Of a stretch of DNA of 64,000 nt, positions 27,199 through 37,261 are shown piece after piece. A program made the translations under genes and the position numbers. Below the pieces are notes generated by a model. That model was not told the DNA's origin and searched no databases. It was given only the letters and a program-made list of their open reading frames with translations. This stretch comes from an uncultured Candidatus Actinomarina sp. (lineage in GTDB: Bacteria > Actinomycetota > Acidimicrobiia > Actinomarinales > Actinomarinaceae): the NCBI GenBank assembly GCA_902609285.1, contig CACLRL010000002.1:15421-79420 (forward strand). Direction: 5' to 3'. Numbering within the stretch: the first letter of the stretch is position 1; the number at the start of each line of letters is the position of its first letter.

Positions 27199-28497
27199 TC
27201 AATATTCCTTAATATATAGCCTTCCTAAAAAAAAGTAATATAGTAAAGGAAAATGTGCATTTTCCATTGCAGCATCAAAAAATGCACAAAACAAAATTGG
27301 AAGAATATAAATTAGTATATTGTAATTTCCATGCTTGTCTTTATATGAAGTAACAATAAAATAATAAAAACTGAAAAACAGAAAAAGCTGTATTAGCCCT
27401 CCCCTGGCAAGAATATTAACAAAGTTGTTATGTACATTTTCATTCATAAGATCAATTCCTTGTCGCTCTTCAATATCCATTGCAGGAATTTTATCTTTGT
27501 ACCCATACCCAATTAAAATACTATTTCCTGAATTGCTCAGATCATGCCATACATCCTGCCATATTTGCAATCTCCAATTTAAATTGCCATCAGCAGAATA
27601 GAGTCTTTTGTCTCTGATAAAAAATATAGGCAATCCCTCATCTTGCTCATTGTAAGATTGATATCTAAATTCAATAATTGATGCAAGGCCAACAATTGAG
27701 TCGTCTTTGTCTAATGTTTTGCTTTCAGAAATAAATGAAACTGAAAGGCTAAAAAGTAAGATAAATACTAAAAAAAATGACAATATTTTTTTATTATTTG
27801 AAAATAAGTTTTTTCTATTTTTAAAAACTTCAATTATAAAAAAGAGAACTGCAGAAATGAATGCTGCCCTGCTTTTGAACATTAAAAGTGGTAAAAATAA
27901 TCCTGATAAACTTACAAAGTAATAATTTTCGAAATTTTTTTCACTCAAATTTTTATTATTTATCATCATTACAATTAAAAATATTATTAATAAATCAGAT
28001 CCCTTGTGTAGTTCAAATTTATCTGAATAGATTCCAAAAAAATTTGTAAGAAATTCTTTTATTATAGGGGGAGCCAAAACAAGTAAAAAATAAACTAGAG
28101 GTAAAATAAATCTGAAAATTTTTAAAAAAATTTCATCAAAATTTGTATTTTCATATATATAAATTCCAACAAATATAAATGATATTGTCCATATGTATGA
28201 ACTGGATTTGAATGTATAAGTATCAAGAATATTTGAATTTGAAATAAATGAAATTAGAAAAAAGCTAAAAATGACCAATAAATAAATTAAATCTACAGAT
28301 TTGCCCAATAGTTTTTTTTTATAAATAGATAAAACATAAAAACCTGTCAATATAAAACAAAAAAGTACACCTAATTCTCCTAGTCTGTAGTTAAACACAT
28401 ACAATCCCATGAAAGATCTAACGAATAAAAAGACTCCACCAAAGAAGCCTAAAACTAAATAACTTAGAATTTTTGGGCTAATAATTTTGTTTTTCAT
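27199..28497 (-). CDS. O-antigen polymerase/ligase family (Wzy_C-like) membrane protein
   Basis: 432 aa and polytopic. KSRAAFISAVLFFII and NVHNNFVNILARGGLIQ motifs. Confidence 0.6.
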   Translation of the reverse strand: MKNKIISPKILSYLVLGFFGGVFLFVRSFMGLYVFNYRLGELGVLFCFILTGFYVLSIYKKKLLGKSVDLIYLLVIFSFFLISFISNSNILDTYTFKSSSYIWTISFIFVGIYIYENTNFDEIFLKIFRFILPLVYFLLVLAPPIIKEFLTNFFGIYSDKFELHKGSDLLIIFLIVMMINNKNLSEKNFENYYFVSLSGLFLPLLMFKSRAAFISAVLFFIIEVFKNRKNLFSNNKKILSFFLVFILLFSLSVSFISESKTLDKDDSIVGLASIIEFRYQSYNEQDEGLPIFFIRDKRLYSADGNLNWRLQIWQDVWHDLSNSGNSILIGYGYKDKIPAMDIEERQGIDLMNENVHNNFVNILARGGLIQLFLFFSFYYFIVTSYKDKHGNYNILIYILPILFCAFFDAAMENAHFPLLYYFFLGRLYIKEY

Positions 28498-28562
28498 TAA
28501 GCATAAGTAATTATATAAAGCTAAATGTTTTTAAGATTAAATTAATTTAAATGTCAATTTAA

Positions 28563-29627
28563 TTAAGAAATAAGTTCTTTTATAAAATGTTTAAATATTC
28601 TGTAATATTTTTTTTTCAATTGATTGAGTAAAAATAACCTTCCTCTTACAGTTATTTTTTGATTTTTGAAACTTCTTTTATCATATAAATTTTTAAATAA
28701 AAAAAGATACTCTTCTGACATTGTTTCAGCATTTAATGAATATTGGTCCATTTTTTTTATATAAATATCATAATTTGCAATTATTTGCTCGAGTTTTAGT
28801 TCAAAATCGTCAGTAAACCCAAGTCCAAAATCCTTGCAGTACTCAGTTGTTCCGCCACTATCTAAAAATAGTATTGGTAAGCCACATTGAGCTCCTTCAA
28901 TATGATGGTTGCCTGATGGTTCATTTATAGAGCCAGTAACGTAAAGATGATAATCTTTAAGAATTTTTGCAAGTTCATCTCCTTCTTTTGGAGGTATGAT
29001 TTTTGTGTTGACTAAGTTAAATTCCTCAGAAATGTTTCCGACATAAGCAAATTCAATTTTATCTTTCCACTTTTTTGTGCTTATAAGATCATCAAGTAAT
29101 TTATAAACGGCATAACCTTTGTTTAAATTGGCACTCCAGTGATGAGTAATTATTTTTAGTTTTGAATCTTTTTTCCAAATTGAAGAATTAATATTGTTAA
29201 AAATATCTTTGTCTGATCCTGACAATATTACAGAAGATTTATTTGAACTCATTCCTAGATTTAAAAAAATATTTCTTAACCATTCACTAACAAAAACCAC
29301 TTTATTAGCAACTTCACTTGCTCTTAAATATAAATCATTCAGTCCCGTTGTCTGTTTTCTTTCATCACATTCATTGATCCTGTGTACAACAACAACATTG
29401 GGGTTTACAAACTTTTTATATTTTTGAATATCAATATGATCGTAAGATGATGATGAAGAATTTTTTCCTCTTGGATCTGTCAATAAAATTAGATCAATGT
29501 CATCATCAACTAAGTTGTAAATGACTGTATGCCCCTTTTTGATTAAATAATTTGATAAGTTTATTACAAATAGGTTTCCCCCTCCCCAAGGTCCTTTTAC
29601 TACATGAGATCCAATACTAATTTTCAT
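28563..29627 (-). CDS. GT-B fold glycosyltransferase (GT4-like)
   Basis: NEPSGNHHIEGAQCGLPILF region resembles EX7E. 354 aa. Confidence 0.55.
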   Translation of the reverse strand: MKISIGSHVVKGPWGGGNLFVINLSNYLIKKGHTVIYNLVDDDIDLILLTDPRGKNSSSSSYDHIDIQKYKKFVNPNVVVVHRINECDERKQTTGLNDLYLRASEVANKVVFVSEWLRNIFLNLGMSSNKSSVILSGSDKDIFNNINSSIWKKDSKLKIITHHWSANLNKGYAVYKLLDDLISTKKWKDKIEFAYVGNISEEFNLVNTKIIPPKEGDELAKILKDYHLYVTGSINEPSGNHHIEGAQCGLPILFLDSGGTTEYCKDFGLGFTDDFELKLEQIIANYDIYIKKMDQYSLNAETMSEEYLFLFKNLYDKRSFKNQKITVRGRLFLLNQLKKKYYRIFKHFIKELIS

Positions 29628-30543
29628 TTTTTACCGACTTAAAAAGGGTTATAAAAGCTTCAAATCCTTTTGGGATGATTAATTCTTTTGATTTATTGTA
29701 AGCAAACTCAACAGATGGTTCAGCCCCATCAAAATTTTCCATGTTAAAAATTGACTTTGCTGCAAGGATATCGTCAGCTATTCCAACATTTGTAGAAATT
29801 ATTGGTGTTTTAGTAATTCCACATTCAACAATTGCTTGAGGTCCACCCTCAAGCCTCGATGAAACTATGTATAGATCCAACAAATTATAAAGCTCATTCA
29901 ATTCCGAAATTGTAACCATTTCAAAATACGAAAATTTTATTTTTTCCTTTTTCAATTCATTTATAACATAATTTCTTCTTTTACCAGCTAGTAGAACATG
30001 AAGATTATCCTTTTCTTTTTTAAAATGCTTAACAATTGTAATAAATTGATCCGGTCCTTTAATTAATTTGGGCATTTCCTGATTCGAGCCCTCCGAGTCT
30101 CGTTGAAAACTACCAACTATATATTCATCATCTGAAAATTTATATTTAGATCGAAGAGATTTTTTATCTTTTATTTCAAACCATTTATTCTGATTTACCC
30201 AAAAAGGAATATAAGTAATTTTTTTATTAGTTAACTTTTCTAATTGTGGAATGGTTTTTTTTGAAATTACATGATATTCAGATACATATCTATCTCTATC
30301 TCTAAAATCTTTTAAATCTTCCTGATTAAATTTATTTTCATCAATATGATAAATTGAGCAAATTACTTTTTTTTCTTTTAAGTATTTTGTAGGTAATTTT
30401 TGCCATGTCCATGGAGAAATTATCCAAATTATATCTGCTTTTTTTATTCTTTTGGTTGTTATAAATCTATTGTTATCAGACCACTCCTTTTTAAGCCTAT
30501 CGACTATCCAGGATTCATTTAACTTGTTGATATAAATTTTCAT
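29617..30543 (-). CDS. GT-B fold glycosyltransferase (GT4-like)
   Basis: SSRLEGGPQAIVECGITKTPIIS. 308 aa. Overlaps the downstream gene by 11 nt. Confidence 0.55.
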   Translation of the reverse strand: MKIYINKLNESWIVDRLKKEWSDNNRFITTKRIKKADIIWIISPWTWQKLPTKYLKEKKVICSIYHIDENKFNQEDLKDFRDRDRYVSEYHVISKKTIPQLEKLTNKKITYIPFWVNQNKWFEIKDKKSLRSKYKFSDDEYIVGSFQRDSEGSNQEMPKLIKGPDQFITIVKHFKKEKDNLHVLLAGKRRNYVINELKKEKIKFSYFEMVTISELNELYNLLDLYIVSSRLEGGPQAIVECGITKTPIISTNVGIADDILAAKSIFNMENFDGAEPSVEFAYNKSKELIIPKGFEAFITLFKSVKNEN

Positions 30544-30630
30544 TTCTCTTTATAAATAAAGAATAACAATTGTTAACTATAATTCTTATAATATTTTTTT
30601 TAAAAGATAGATTGGAAAATTCTTTAAAAT

Positions 30631-31593
30631 ATGAAAAAAGTAGTTATCACAGGTATTACAGGTCAAGATGGTATATTTCTAACAAATACCATTATTAAAA
30701 ATCAAAAAGATTATATGATTTTTGGAATATCAAGAAATAAAAATAATAAGGTGTTTTACAATAAATTAAAATCTCTTAATACAAATGACTTTTCTAGAGT
30801 AAAAATAGATAACGTAGACTTACTAAATAAAGATAATGTTCAGGACTATCTAGAACATATAAGTCCAAATTATATCTATAACCTTGCAGGACCAAGTTCT
30901 GTTTATAAATCATTTCAAAATCCTGAGAAGGTATCTCTACAAATTAATGGAATTTTTGATAACCTCAGTAATTATATAATTAGAGCAAAAAACTCACCTA
31001 ATTTTTTTCAAGCTTCAAGTTCCGAAATGTTTGGAGATAATGGAAAAGATTATCAAGATGAAAATGGAATATTTATACCAATCTCTCCTTATGCAATTTC
31101 AAAGTTGGAAGTCCACAATAAAATAAATGATTTGAGAAAAAAATATAATTTAAAAGTAATATCTGGAATAATGTTCAACCATGAATCAGAATTAAGATCT
31201 GATGAGTATCTTATAATGAAAATAATCAAATATGCAAAAAACATAGCAAGTCAAAAAAGAAAATTAACAATTGGAAGTTTGGATTATGTCAGAGACTGGA
31301 GTTTTGCTGGTGATATAGCTAATTGCATATATTTTCTTAACGAAAAGAATATAAATGAAGATTTTGTAATTGGCTCTGGTCAGGGAAGGAAAATATCGGA
31401 TATATTAGATTTAGTTTTTAATGAAGTTAATAAAGATTGGAAAGATTTTGTTGAGATTGATGAATCTTTGTTAAGAAAAGGAGACCCAAAGATAATTATT
31501 TCTAAGCCAACAAAGTTAATCTCTTTCTTAGACTGGAAACCTAAGTTAAATTTTGAATCTTTGATTCTTAGGTGTTTTAATTTGTCTAATTAG
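30631..31593 (+). CDS. Divergent Gmd-like NAD(P)-dependent sugar dehydratase/reductase
   Basis: ITGITGQDG, SSSEMFG, YAISK and FNHESELRS. These parallel gmd, but the HESPRRG motif is altered and the protein is shorter (320 aa). Confidence 0.6.
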   Translation: MKKVVITGITGQDGIFLTNTIIKNQKDYMIFGISRNKNNKVFYNKLKSLNTNDFSRVKIDNVDLLNKDNVQDYLEHISPNYIYNLAGPSSVYKSFQNPEKVSLQINGIFDNLSNYIIRAKNSPNFFQASSSEMFGDNGKDYQDENGIFIPISPYAISKLEVHNKINDLRKKYNLKVISGIMFNHESELRSDEYLIMKIIKYAKNIASQKRKLTIGSLDYVRDWSFAGDIANCIYFLNEKNINEDFVIGSGQGRKISDILDLVFNEVNKDWKDFVEIDESLLRKGDPKIIISKPTKLISFLDWKPKLNFESLILRCFNLSN

Positions 31594-32255
31594 CTATTTC
31601 TTACTAATTTTGCATAAAAGTTTTGTTCTTTTTTCATAATTGAAGAAATATTGTCTTCTGTATTCAAAAAATATAAAAATTTATTTAAAGAATTAACTTT
31701 ATATCCTTTATCTATAAGGTCTTTAAACAATTTATAATCCTGAGCATAATAAAAATTTTCATCATACTTTTCAATTTCAATTAATGCATCTTTCTTAATC
31801 AATAGAGTGCCGTGAATAAAGGGATTCTTATATCTCATTGAAAATTTTATAGGTAAGTAAAAAGACAATCCAGGCCTTGCTTTGCCATTACCTATAATTT
31901 TAGATCTTGATGTACAAGCATCTAAATTATGCTCTCTTAAAAAAGCAACTTGAGTTGAAAGTCTGTCTTTAGAACTGTAGTCATCTGCATCTTGCCTAGC
32001 AATAAGTTGACCGGTTGCATTGTCAATTAATATATTTAAAGATTTAGTCAGTCCAATATTTTTTTTGTTATGAAAAATTTTTATTCTTGAATCTTTGTTT
32101 TCAAAGTTTTTTAAGATTTCTTTTGAGGAATCGTTAGAACAATCATTCATTATTAAAAATTCAAAGTTTTCATAATCTTGATTTAATATACTTTCTATTG
32201 ACCTTTTCAATGTTTTTGAATTGTTAAAAACGGACATAACTATTGAAATCTTCAT
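31590..32255 (-). CDS. GT2 glycosyltransferase
   Basis: ISIVMSVFNNSKTLKRSIESILNQDY and RQDADDYS DxD. Confidence 0.75.
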   Translation of the reverse strand: MKISIVMSVFNNSKTLKRSIESILNQDYENFEFLIMNDCSNDSSKEILKNFENKDSRIKIFHNKKNIGLTKSLNILIDNATGQLIARQDADDYSSKDRLSTQVAFLREHNLDACTSRSKIIGNGKARPGLSFYLPIKFSMRYKNPFIHGTLLIKKDALIEIEKYDENFYYAQDYKLFKDLIDKGYKVNSLNKFLYFLNTEDNISSIMKKEQNFYAKLVRNS

Positions 32256-32256
32256 A

Positions 32257-33414
32257 TCATACTTCCTTCAAGATGTTCTCTAAGTTATTAAATAAAGAAT
32301 CCCTATTTAACTTTTTTTTGATATGATTGTAGGCTTTGTTACCTTCATTTTTTAAGAAATTAGTATCATTAAGCAGATTGAGCTTTTCCTTCAAATCTGA
32401 ATAATTGTATTGTTCAAAAGATAAACTGTAGTCATCAGGAAAAAAGTCATCCATTCCCCCAAAAGATGGATAAATAGATGGAATCCCAAGGCTTGAGGCT
32501 TCACATAGTAACCTTGGCTGCCCTTCAAACATCTTCGTTGCTGTGATAACAGCTCTAGCATTTTTAATTTGAGAAATAGTATCCTCATTGCTCAGCTCTC
32601 CTATAAATTTGATACTTTTGCTCTCATAATTTTTAATGAGCTCTTTTTCAATATCCCCTGTACCAATAATTTTTAAAACTATGTCTTTTTGTTCTACTTC
32701 TTTCCATGAAGATAGAAGTTCATTTACCCCTTTTGAGTTTGTTAATCTGCCGGCAAAAACAACGTATTCACTTTCTTTTCTATTATCTATTAAATTATTA
32801 TCTTCAAAATTTATTGGATTACAAAATATACCAACTCTATCATTGGAAATTCCTAAATTCTTTAAATATTCCTGATGAAATTGGTTCATTACAAGTAGTT
32901 TCATAGGATGATTTTGTAAAATATTGTAATATTTTTTCCCGTATCGTACAGCTAAGAATGACTTTATGAATGATTCTTGGAAATACTTGTTAAAAAATCC
33001 AAGTTGTTTTTTAGTTAGACCACACTTCGGACAAAAGATCTTATCTTTTAAATGGTTCTTTGTAAGATATGAATTTGTACAGTCATATCTAAAGTTGTGT
33101 AATTTAAGTAGTGTAAAAATATTGTTTTTTTTCAACAAATCAAAGATTCCTAAATTTGCCTTAAACCACGTATTGTGAACATATGCAACATTTGGTTTAA
33201 ATTTAGAAATTACAGAATCTAATTCATTATTTGATAATTGATTTGAATTAGTTAAAAAAGCTATAAAGTCACGAAATGTAAGTTTTTTTGAATTATCAAA
33301 CTCTAGGTACTCTACGTCAAAATAATTTCGTAGAAACACTAATTCATCAATAATATTTGAGTCTTCTCCTCCGAATGTTTTGTACTTATTGTTAATTACC
33401 AGCAACTTTTTCAT
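32257..33414 (-). CDS. GT4-type glycosyltransferase
   Basis: FEGQPRLLCEASSLGIPSI EX7E region. 385 aa. Confidence 0.7.
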   Translation of the reverse strand: MKKLLVINNKYKTFGGEDSNIIDELVFLRNYFDVEYLEFDNSKKLTFRDFIAFLTNSNQLSNNELDSVISKFKPNVAYVHNTWFKANLGIFDLLKKNNIFTLLKLHNFRYDCTNSYLTKNHLKDKIFCPKCGLTKKQLGFFNKYFQESFIKSFLAVRYGKKYYNILQNHPMKLLVMNQFHQEYLKNLGISNDRVGIFCNPINFEDNNLIDNRKESEYVVFAGRLTNSKGVNELLSSWKEVEQKDIVLKIIGTGDIEKELIKNYESKSIKFIGELSNEDTISQIKNARAVITATKMFEGQPRLLCEASSLGIPSIYPSFGGMDDFFPDDYSLSFEQYNYSDLKEKLNLLNDTNFLKNEGNKAYNHIKKKLNRDSLFNNLENILKEV

Positions 33415-33477
33415 TTATTTCATCTTTATGTGACACATCTAATTTTATAGGGTTAATTACCATAAAATTTAGATAAG

Positions 33478-34479
33478 ATGAATAATATGAATGTTTTAGT
33501 GACAGGATGTTTCGGTTTTATAGGTTATAATTTTTTAAATTATCTAACTAAAAATTTTTCTGAAGATATAAATATAACTGGTATAGATTCTTTAATCACA
33601 AATACATCAAAATTAAATCAAATTGAATATGAGGATTCTAAGAATTTTAAATTTTTTCAATTAGACATAAATGACGTTTCTTCATTAGAAAAAAAAGATT
33701 TTGATTTAATTATAAATTTTGCTGCTGAGTCGCATGTCGATAATTCAATTTCCGATCCCAACAAATTCATTAGAAGTAATGTTATGGGTACAAATGAATT
33801 ATTAAAGTTTGCTTACAAAAATCAAATTCAGAGTTTTATTCATATTTCAACAGATGAAGTTTATGGAAGTAATCCTAATGGATTCTCAGTAGAAGGTGAT
33901 GTCCTTGATCCTTCATCACCTTACTCGGCATCAAAAGCCTCTGCAGAAATGATTTGTAATGCATTTGTAAAGACTTATGACATGAAGATAAAGATTTGCA
34001 GGCCTGCAAATAATTACGGAAACTATCAACAACCAGAAAAATTAATACCTTATACAGTAGCTAATTTATTATCTGGAAAAAATATAGAACTTTATGGAGA
34101 TGGAAAAAATATAAGACACTGGCTTCATGTGGAAGATACTTGTTTAGCGATTATGACAATTTTAAAGAATGGCGAAAGTAATTCTATATACAACATTGGT
34201 TCTGATGAGTATTTTAATAATCTTGAAATTGCAAATATGATACTAGATGCTCTTGAATTAGATTCGAATAAAATTACTTTTGTTGAAGATAGGCCTGGAC
34301 ATGACTTTAGATATGCTGTAAATTTTGATGAATTAAAAAATATAGGATTCGTTCCACAAAAAAATGTAAGTACTGAAATTTCAAATATTGTTCAATGGTA
34401 TAAAGAAAACAGAGCTTGGTGGGAAGAAGATTATTTAAAAGTTCTTGAAAATAGACTTAATAGAACGAAGTTAAATTAG
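33478..34479 (+). CDS. rfbB: dTDP-glucose 4,6-dehydratase
   Basis: VLVTGCFGFIGYNF, STDEVYG, YSASKASAE and RPGHDFRYAV. The start could instead be the ATG at 33487. Confidence 0.85.
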   Translation: MNNMNVLVTGCFGFIGYNFLNYLTKNFSEDINITGIDSLITNTSKLNQIEYEDSKNFKFFQLDINDVSSLEKKDFDLIINFAAESHVDNSISDPNKFIRSNVMGTNELLKFAYKNQIQSFIHISTDEVYGSNPNGFSVEGDVLDPSSPYSASKASAEMICNAFVKTYDMKIKICRPANNYGNYQQPEKLIPYTVANLLSGKNIELYGDGKNIRHWLHVEDTCLAIMTILKNGESNSIYNIGSDEYFNNLEIANMILDALELDSNKITFVEDRPGHDFRYAVNFDELKNIGFVPQKNVSTEISNIVQWYKENRAWWEEDYLKVLENRLNRTKLN

Positions 34480-35445
34480 ATGTTTACATTTATATATTGT
34501 TTTGATGAAAACTACAATATTCAAGGCTTTATATCAATAATGAGTCTTCTTGATAAAGTTAGTGAAAAAATCAATATTGTTATAGTTCACAAGCAAAAAG
34601 AAAAATTTTCTAAATATGAGAAGTTAATAAATAATCATAATCATTTAGAAAGTCTTGAAATTAAAGCGATCAATACAAAAGATATTGAATTTCCCAATGT
34701 TGACAATAATCATGTTTCCGAAGCTACGTACTACAGAATGTATCTTGATCAAATTCAATTTGATAATACATTCAATAAGTGTGTTTATCTAGATGCTGAC
34801 ATAATATGTTTGAATAATCCTATCAATTATTTTCAAGAAATTTATACAAAATTAAAAGAACAGGGTAAGCCATTAGCTGCTAGAACGGACTATATCAAAT
34901 TTAAAGACGAGCAGCATGAAGATGATGTCTTTATAAGAAATAAACTAACATCAATTAATTATTTTAATGCAGGAGTTTTATTATTTGATTATCAAAATTG
35001 GATTGAGAAAGGGTACTTTAAGGAACTAAGAAATATACAAAAAAATTATGACGGTACGATAAAGTTTTGGGATCAAGATTTATTAAATGTATTAATTGAT
35101 GGTAATTATTTAGAAATGAATCATTTTTCAAATTTTCATATTGCCGCAGATTGGAATTATCCTGCTCATATTACTGAATCACATGCAATATTTCTTCATT
35201 ACCAAGGAAAACCAAAACCGTGGCATATTTCTTTTATAAATGATTCCAGTACACAATTTTTTCAAGAAAATTATAGGAAACTATTGGGTAAGAAAGTATT
35301 TGTTACAAAAAGCACATTCTCAAGGGATTTGAAAGGATTTCTTAAATTGATATTTAGTTTACAAATATTAAAATGTTCATATCCATTATCTACTTTAAAA
35401 GAAGCTGTAAAAGCTCTATTCTTCTCTTCATCTATTAATCAATAA
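34480..35445 (+). CDS. GT8 glycosyltransferase
   Basis: YLDADIICLN (DxD), FNAGVLLFD and WDQDLLN motifs. Confidence 0.75.
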   Translation: MFTFIYCFDENYNIQGFISIMSLLDKVSEKINIVIVHKQKEKFSKYEKLINNHNHLESLEIKAINTKDIEFPNVDNNHVSEATYYRMYLDQIQFDNTFNKCVYLDADIICLNNPINYFQEIYTKLKEQGKPLAARTDYIKFKDEQHEDDVFIRNKLTSINYFNAGVLLFDYQNWIEKGYFKELRNIQKNYDGTIKFWDQDLLNVLIDGNYLEMNHFSNFHIAADWNYPAHITESHAIFLHYQGKPKPWHISFINDSSTQFFQENYRKLLGKKVFVTKSTFSRDLKGFLKLIFSLQILKCSYPLSTLKEAVKALFFSSSINQ

Positions 35446-36409
35446 GATTATATTTTGTTTTTATGTAAAGTCTTTTTGCAATATTAGAAATAATCTTTAA
35501 TAGATTTATTTTTGGCTTATAGGGAAGATCTATGTAAATGTCTTTAAATCGTTTATCAAATCTTGATTTAAATTTTATATTAAATAATATATTCTGAATC
35601 TGTCGCAATTGTATTCGATCTATATTTGTTTCAAATTTATCAATAAGTCTCAAAAGAGCAAAAAAATTACAGTACGATAAGAGTGAAATTTTTATATTTA
35701 ATGTCATAGAATCTTTACCAGCCCAAGAGTTTGCTAGGGAGCTATTTGTCATATAAGTTCCTGTTGTGTCAAAAGAACAGTAATAATTCATAAGAAAATC
35801 AAAACCGAAAAGTTGTTTTGTACATTCAAAATGTTTCAATGCAAAATAAAAACTCTCTTTTAATTTATCTGAAAGCATAATTGAGGCTGTGGGCGTTGCT
35901 GGCAAAATACTGTCAATTTTTAAATAGCTATTTATTACATTTTCGGTAGAAACAACTCCAGTCTCAAAAGAGTAGTAGTCCTTGATTGTTTTGTTTTTAT
36001 TTTCCGTCTCCTTATGAATGTTTATATTAGAAATTGCACAGCTAGTATTTTCTTTTTGCATTTTATTTATCAATATTGAGATATAGTCCAAATTTAACCA
36101 ATCATCATCACATAAGAATTTTGAATACTTTGTGTTAATTTCTTCTATTCCAAGTACCCAGTTATCTATTGGGAAAGAACTTTTGTCATTTTTAATATAC
36201 TTTATTTCTCTATTTGCTACTTCTAAAATTTGTTCTTGAGTCTGAAATATATTATTTTTTGTTTCTTGATTTGTTGAGCTATCTACAATTACACATATTA
36301 TTTTCTCTTTGTAATCTTGATTTATAACTGAGTTGATTGCTCTAATTACCAAATCTGGCCTATTAAATGTTGGGATTACAACTGTTACTTCATTACTCAT
36401 AAAATTCAA
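35435..36409 (-). CDS. GT2 glycosyltransferase
   Basis: VTVVIPTFNRPDLVIRAINSVINQDY N-terminus. Confidence 0.7.
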   Translation of the reverse strand: MNFMSNEVTVVIPTFNRPDLVIRAINSVINQDYKEKIICVIVDSSTNQETKNNIFQTQEQILEVANREIKYIKNDKSSFPIDNWVLGIEEINTKYSKFLCDDDWLNLDYISILINKMQKENTSCAISNINIHKETENKNKTIKDYYSFETGVVSTENVINSYLKIDSILPATPTASIMLSDKLKESFYFALKHFECTKQLFGFDFLMNYYCSFDTTGTYMTNSSLANSWAGKDSMTLNIKISLLSYCNFFALLRLIDKFETNIDRIQLRQIQNILFNIKFKSRFDKRFKDIYIDLPYKPKINLLKIISNIAKRLYIKTKYNLID

Positions 36410-36472
36410 TTCTACAATTTAAATGTATATATAACCATCCTTTTAACCATATGTAATTTATAATCTAAAATA

Positions 36473-37261
36473 ATGCTTCAAGAAAAAACTATAAAACAAA
36501 AAAAATTAGACTTTAACAATTTAAAGGACGACGTTAGAAAAATTTTTCCTGAACTTTCTGAATTCGAATTAGAAAAAATAGTTGAAAGAAATCTTTGTAC
36601 CAATATTTTTTCAGAAATAAAAGACGTTGATGAATGGTTTAAGAAAATAATTGAAACATCAAATACCTCTGTAGAAGAAATTAGTATTAATGAATGTGAC
36701 TCTTGGAATGTTGATGATAAAGGTAATGTTTCACACAATTCAGGAGGATTCTTTAAAATTATTGGACTAAGGACTAAGAATTCAACGACAAGAGAAGTCG
36801 GAAATCAGGGATGGGATCAACCTATAATCTCAGAAGTAAATAATGATGGTGGAATTCTAGGTTTAGTAAGAAGTTATATTGAAGGGCTTCCCCACTATCT
36901 AGTTGAAGCAAAATTTGAGCCAGGCAATTATGGTTTTATTCAATTAAGTCCAACTCTTCAGGCAACATTTTCAAATATTGAAAAAGCTCATGGTGGTAGA
37001 CTACCAAACTATTATGATTTTTTTAATGACTACGAAACTAGTAATAAAGATTACTTATTTAATCAATGGTTAAATGAGGATGGTGGAAGACTAAATCAGA
37101 AACGTAATAGAGGTCTTGTTAAGAATGTTCCTTATGAAGAAATTGAAGTTAAAAATACAAATTTTGCTTGGGTAAGCTTTTATCAAATCGATCAGTTTAT
37201 TAAACAAGGAAGCATAGTCAATCCCCATTTAGCTAGATTGATATATTTAACATCCTCTTAA
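36473..37261 (+). CDS. NDP-hexose 2,3-dehydratase family protein, single-domain (half-size) form
   Basis: GGFFKIIGL, WDQPII, GGILGLV, EAKFEPGNYGFIQLSPTLQATFSN and EDGGRLNQKRN match the EvaA/TylX3-type signature. Only 262 aa. Confidence 0.65.
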   Translation: MLQEKTIKQKKLDFNNLKDDVRKIFPELSEFELEKIVERNLCTNIFSEIKDVDEWFKKIIETSNTSVEEISINECDSWNVDDKGNVSHNSGGFFKIIGLRTKNSTTREVGNQGWDQPIISEVNNDGGILGLVRSYIEGLPHYLVEAKFEPGNYGFIQLSPTLQATFSNIEKAHGGRLPNYYDFFNDYETSNKDYLFNQWLNEDGGRLNQKRNRGLVKNVPYEEIEVKNTNFAWVSFYQIDQFIKQGSIVNPHLARLIYLTSS

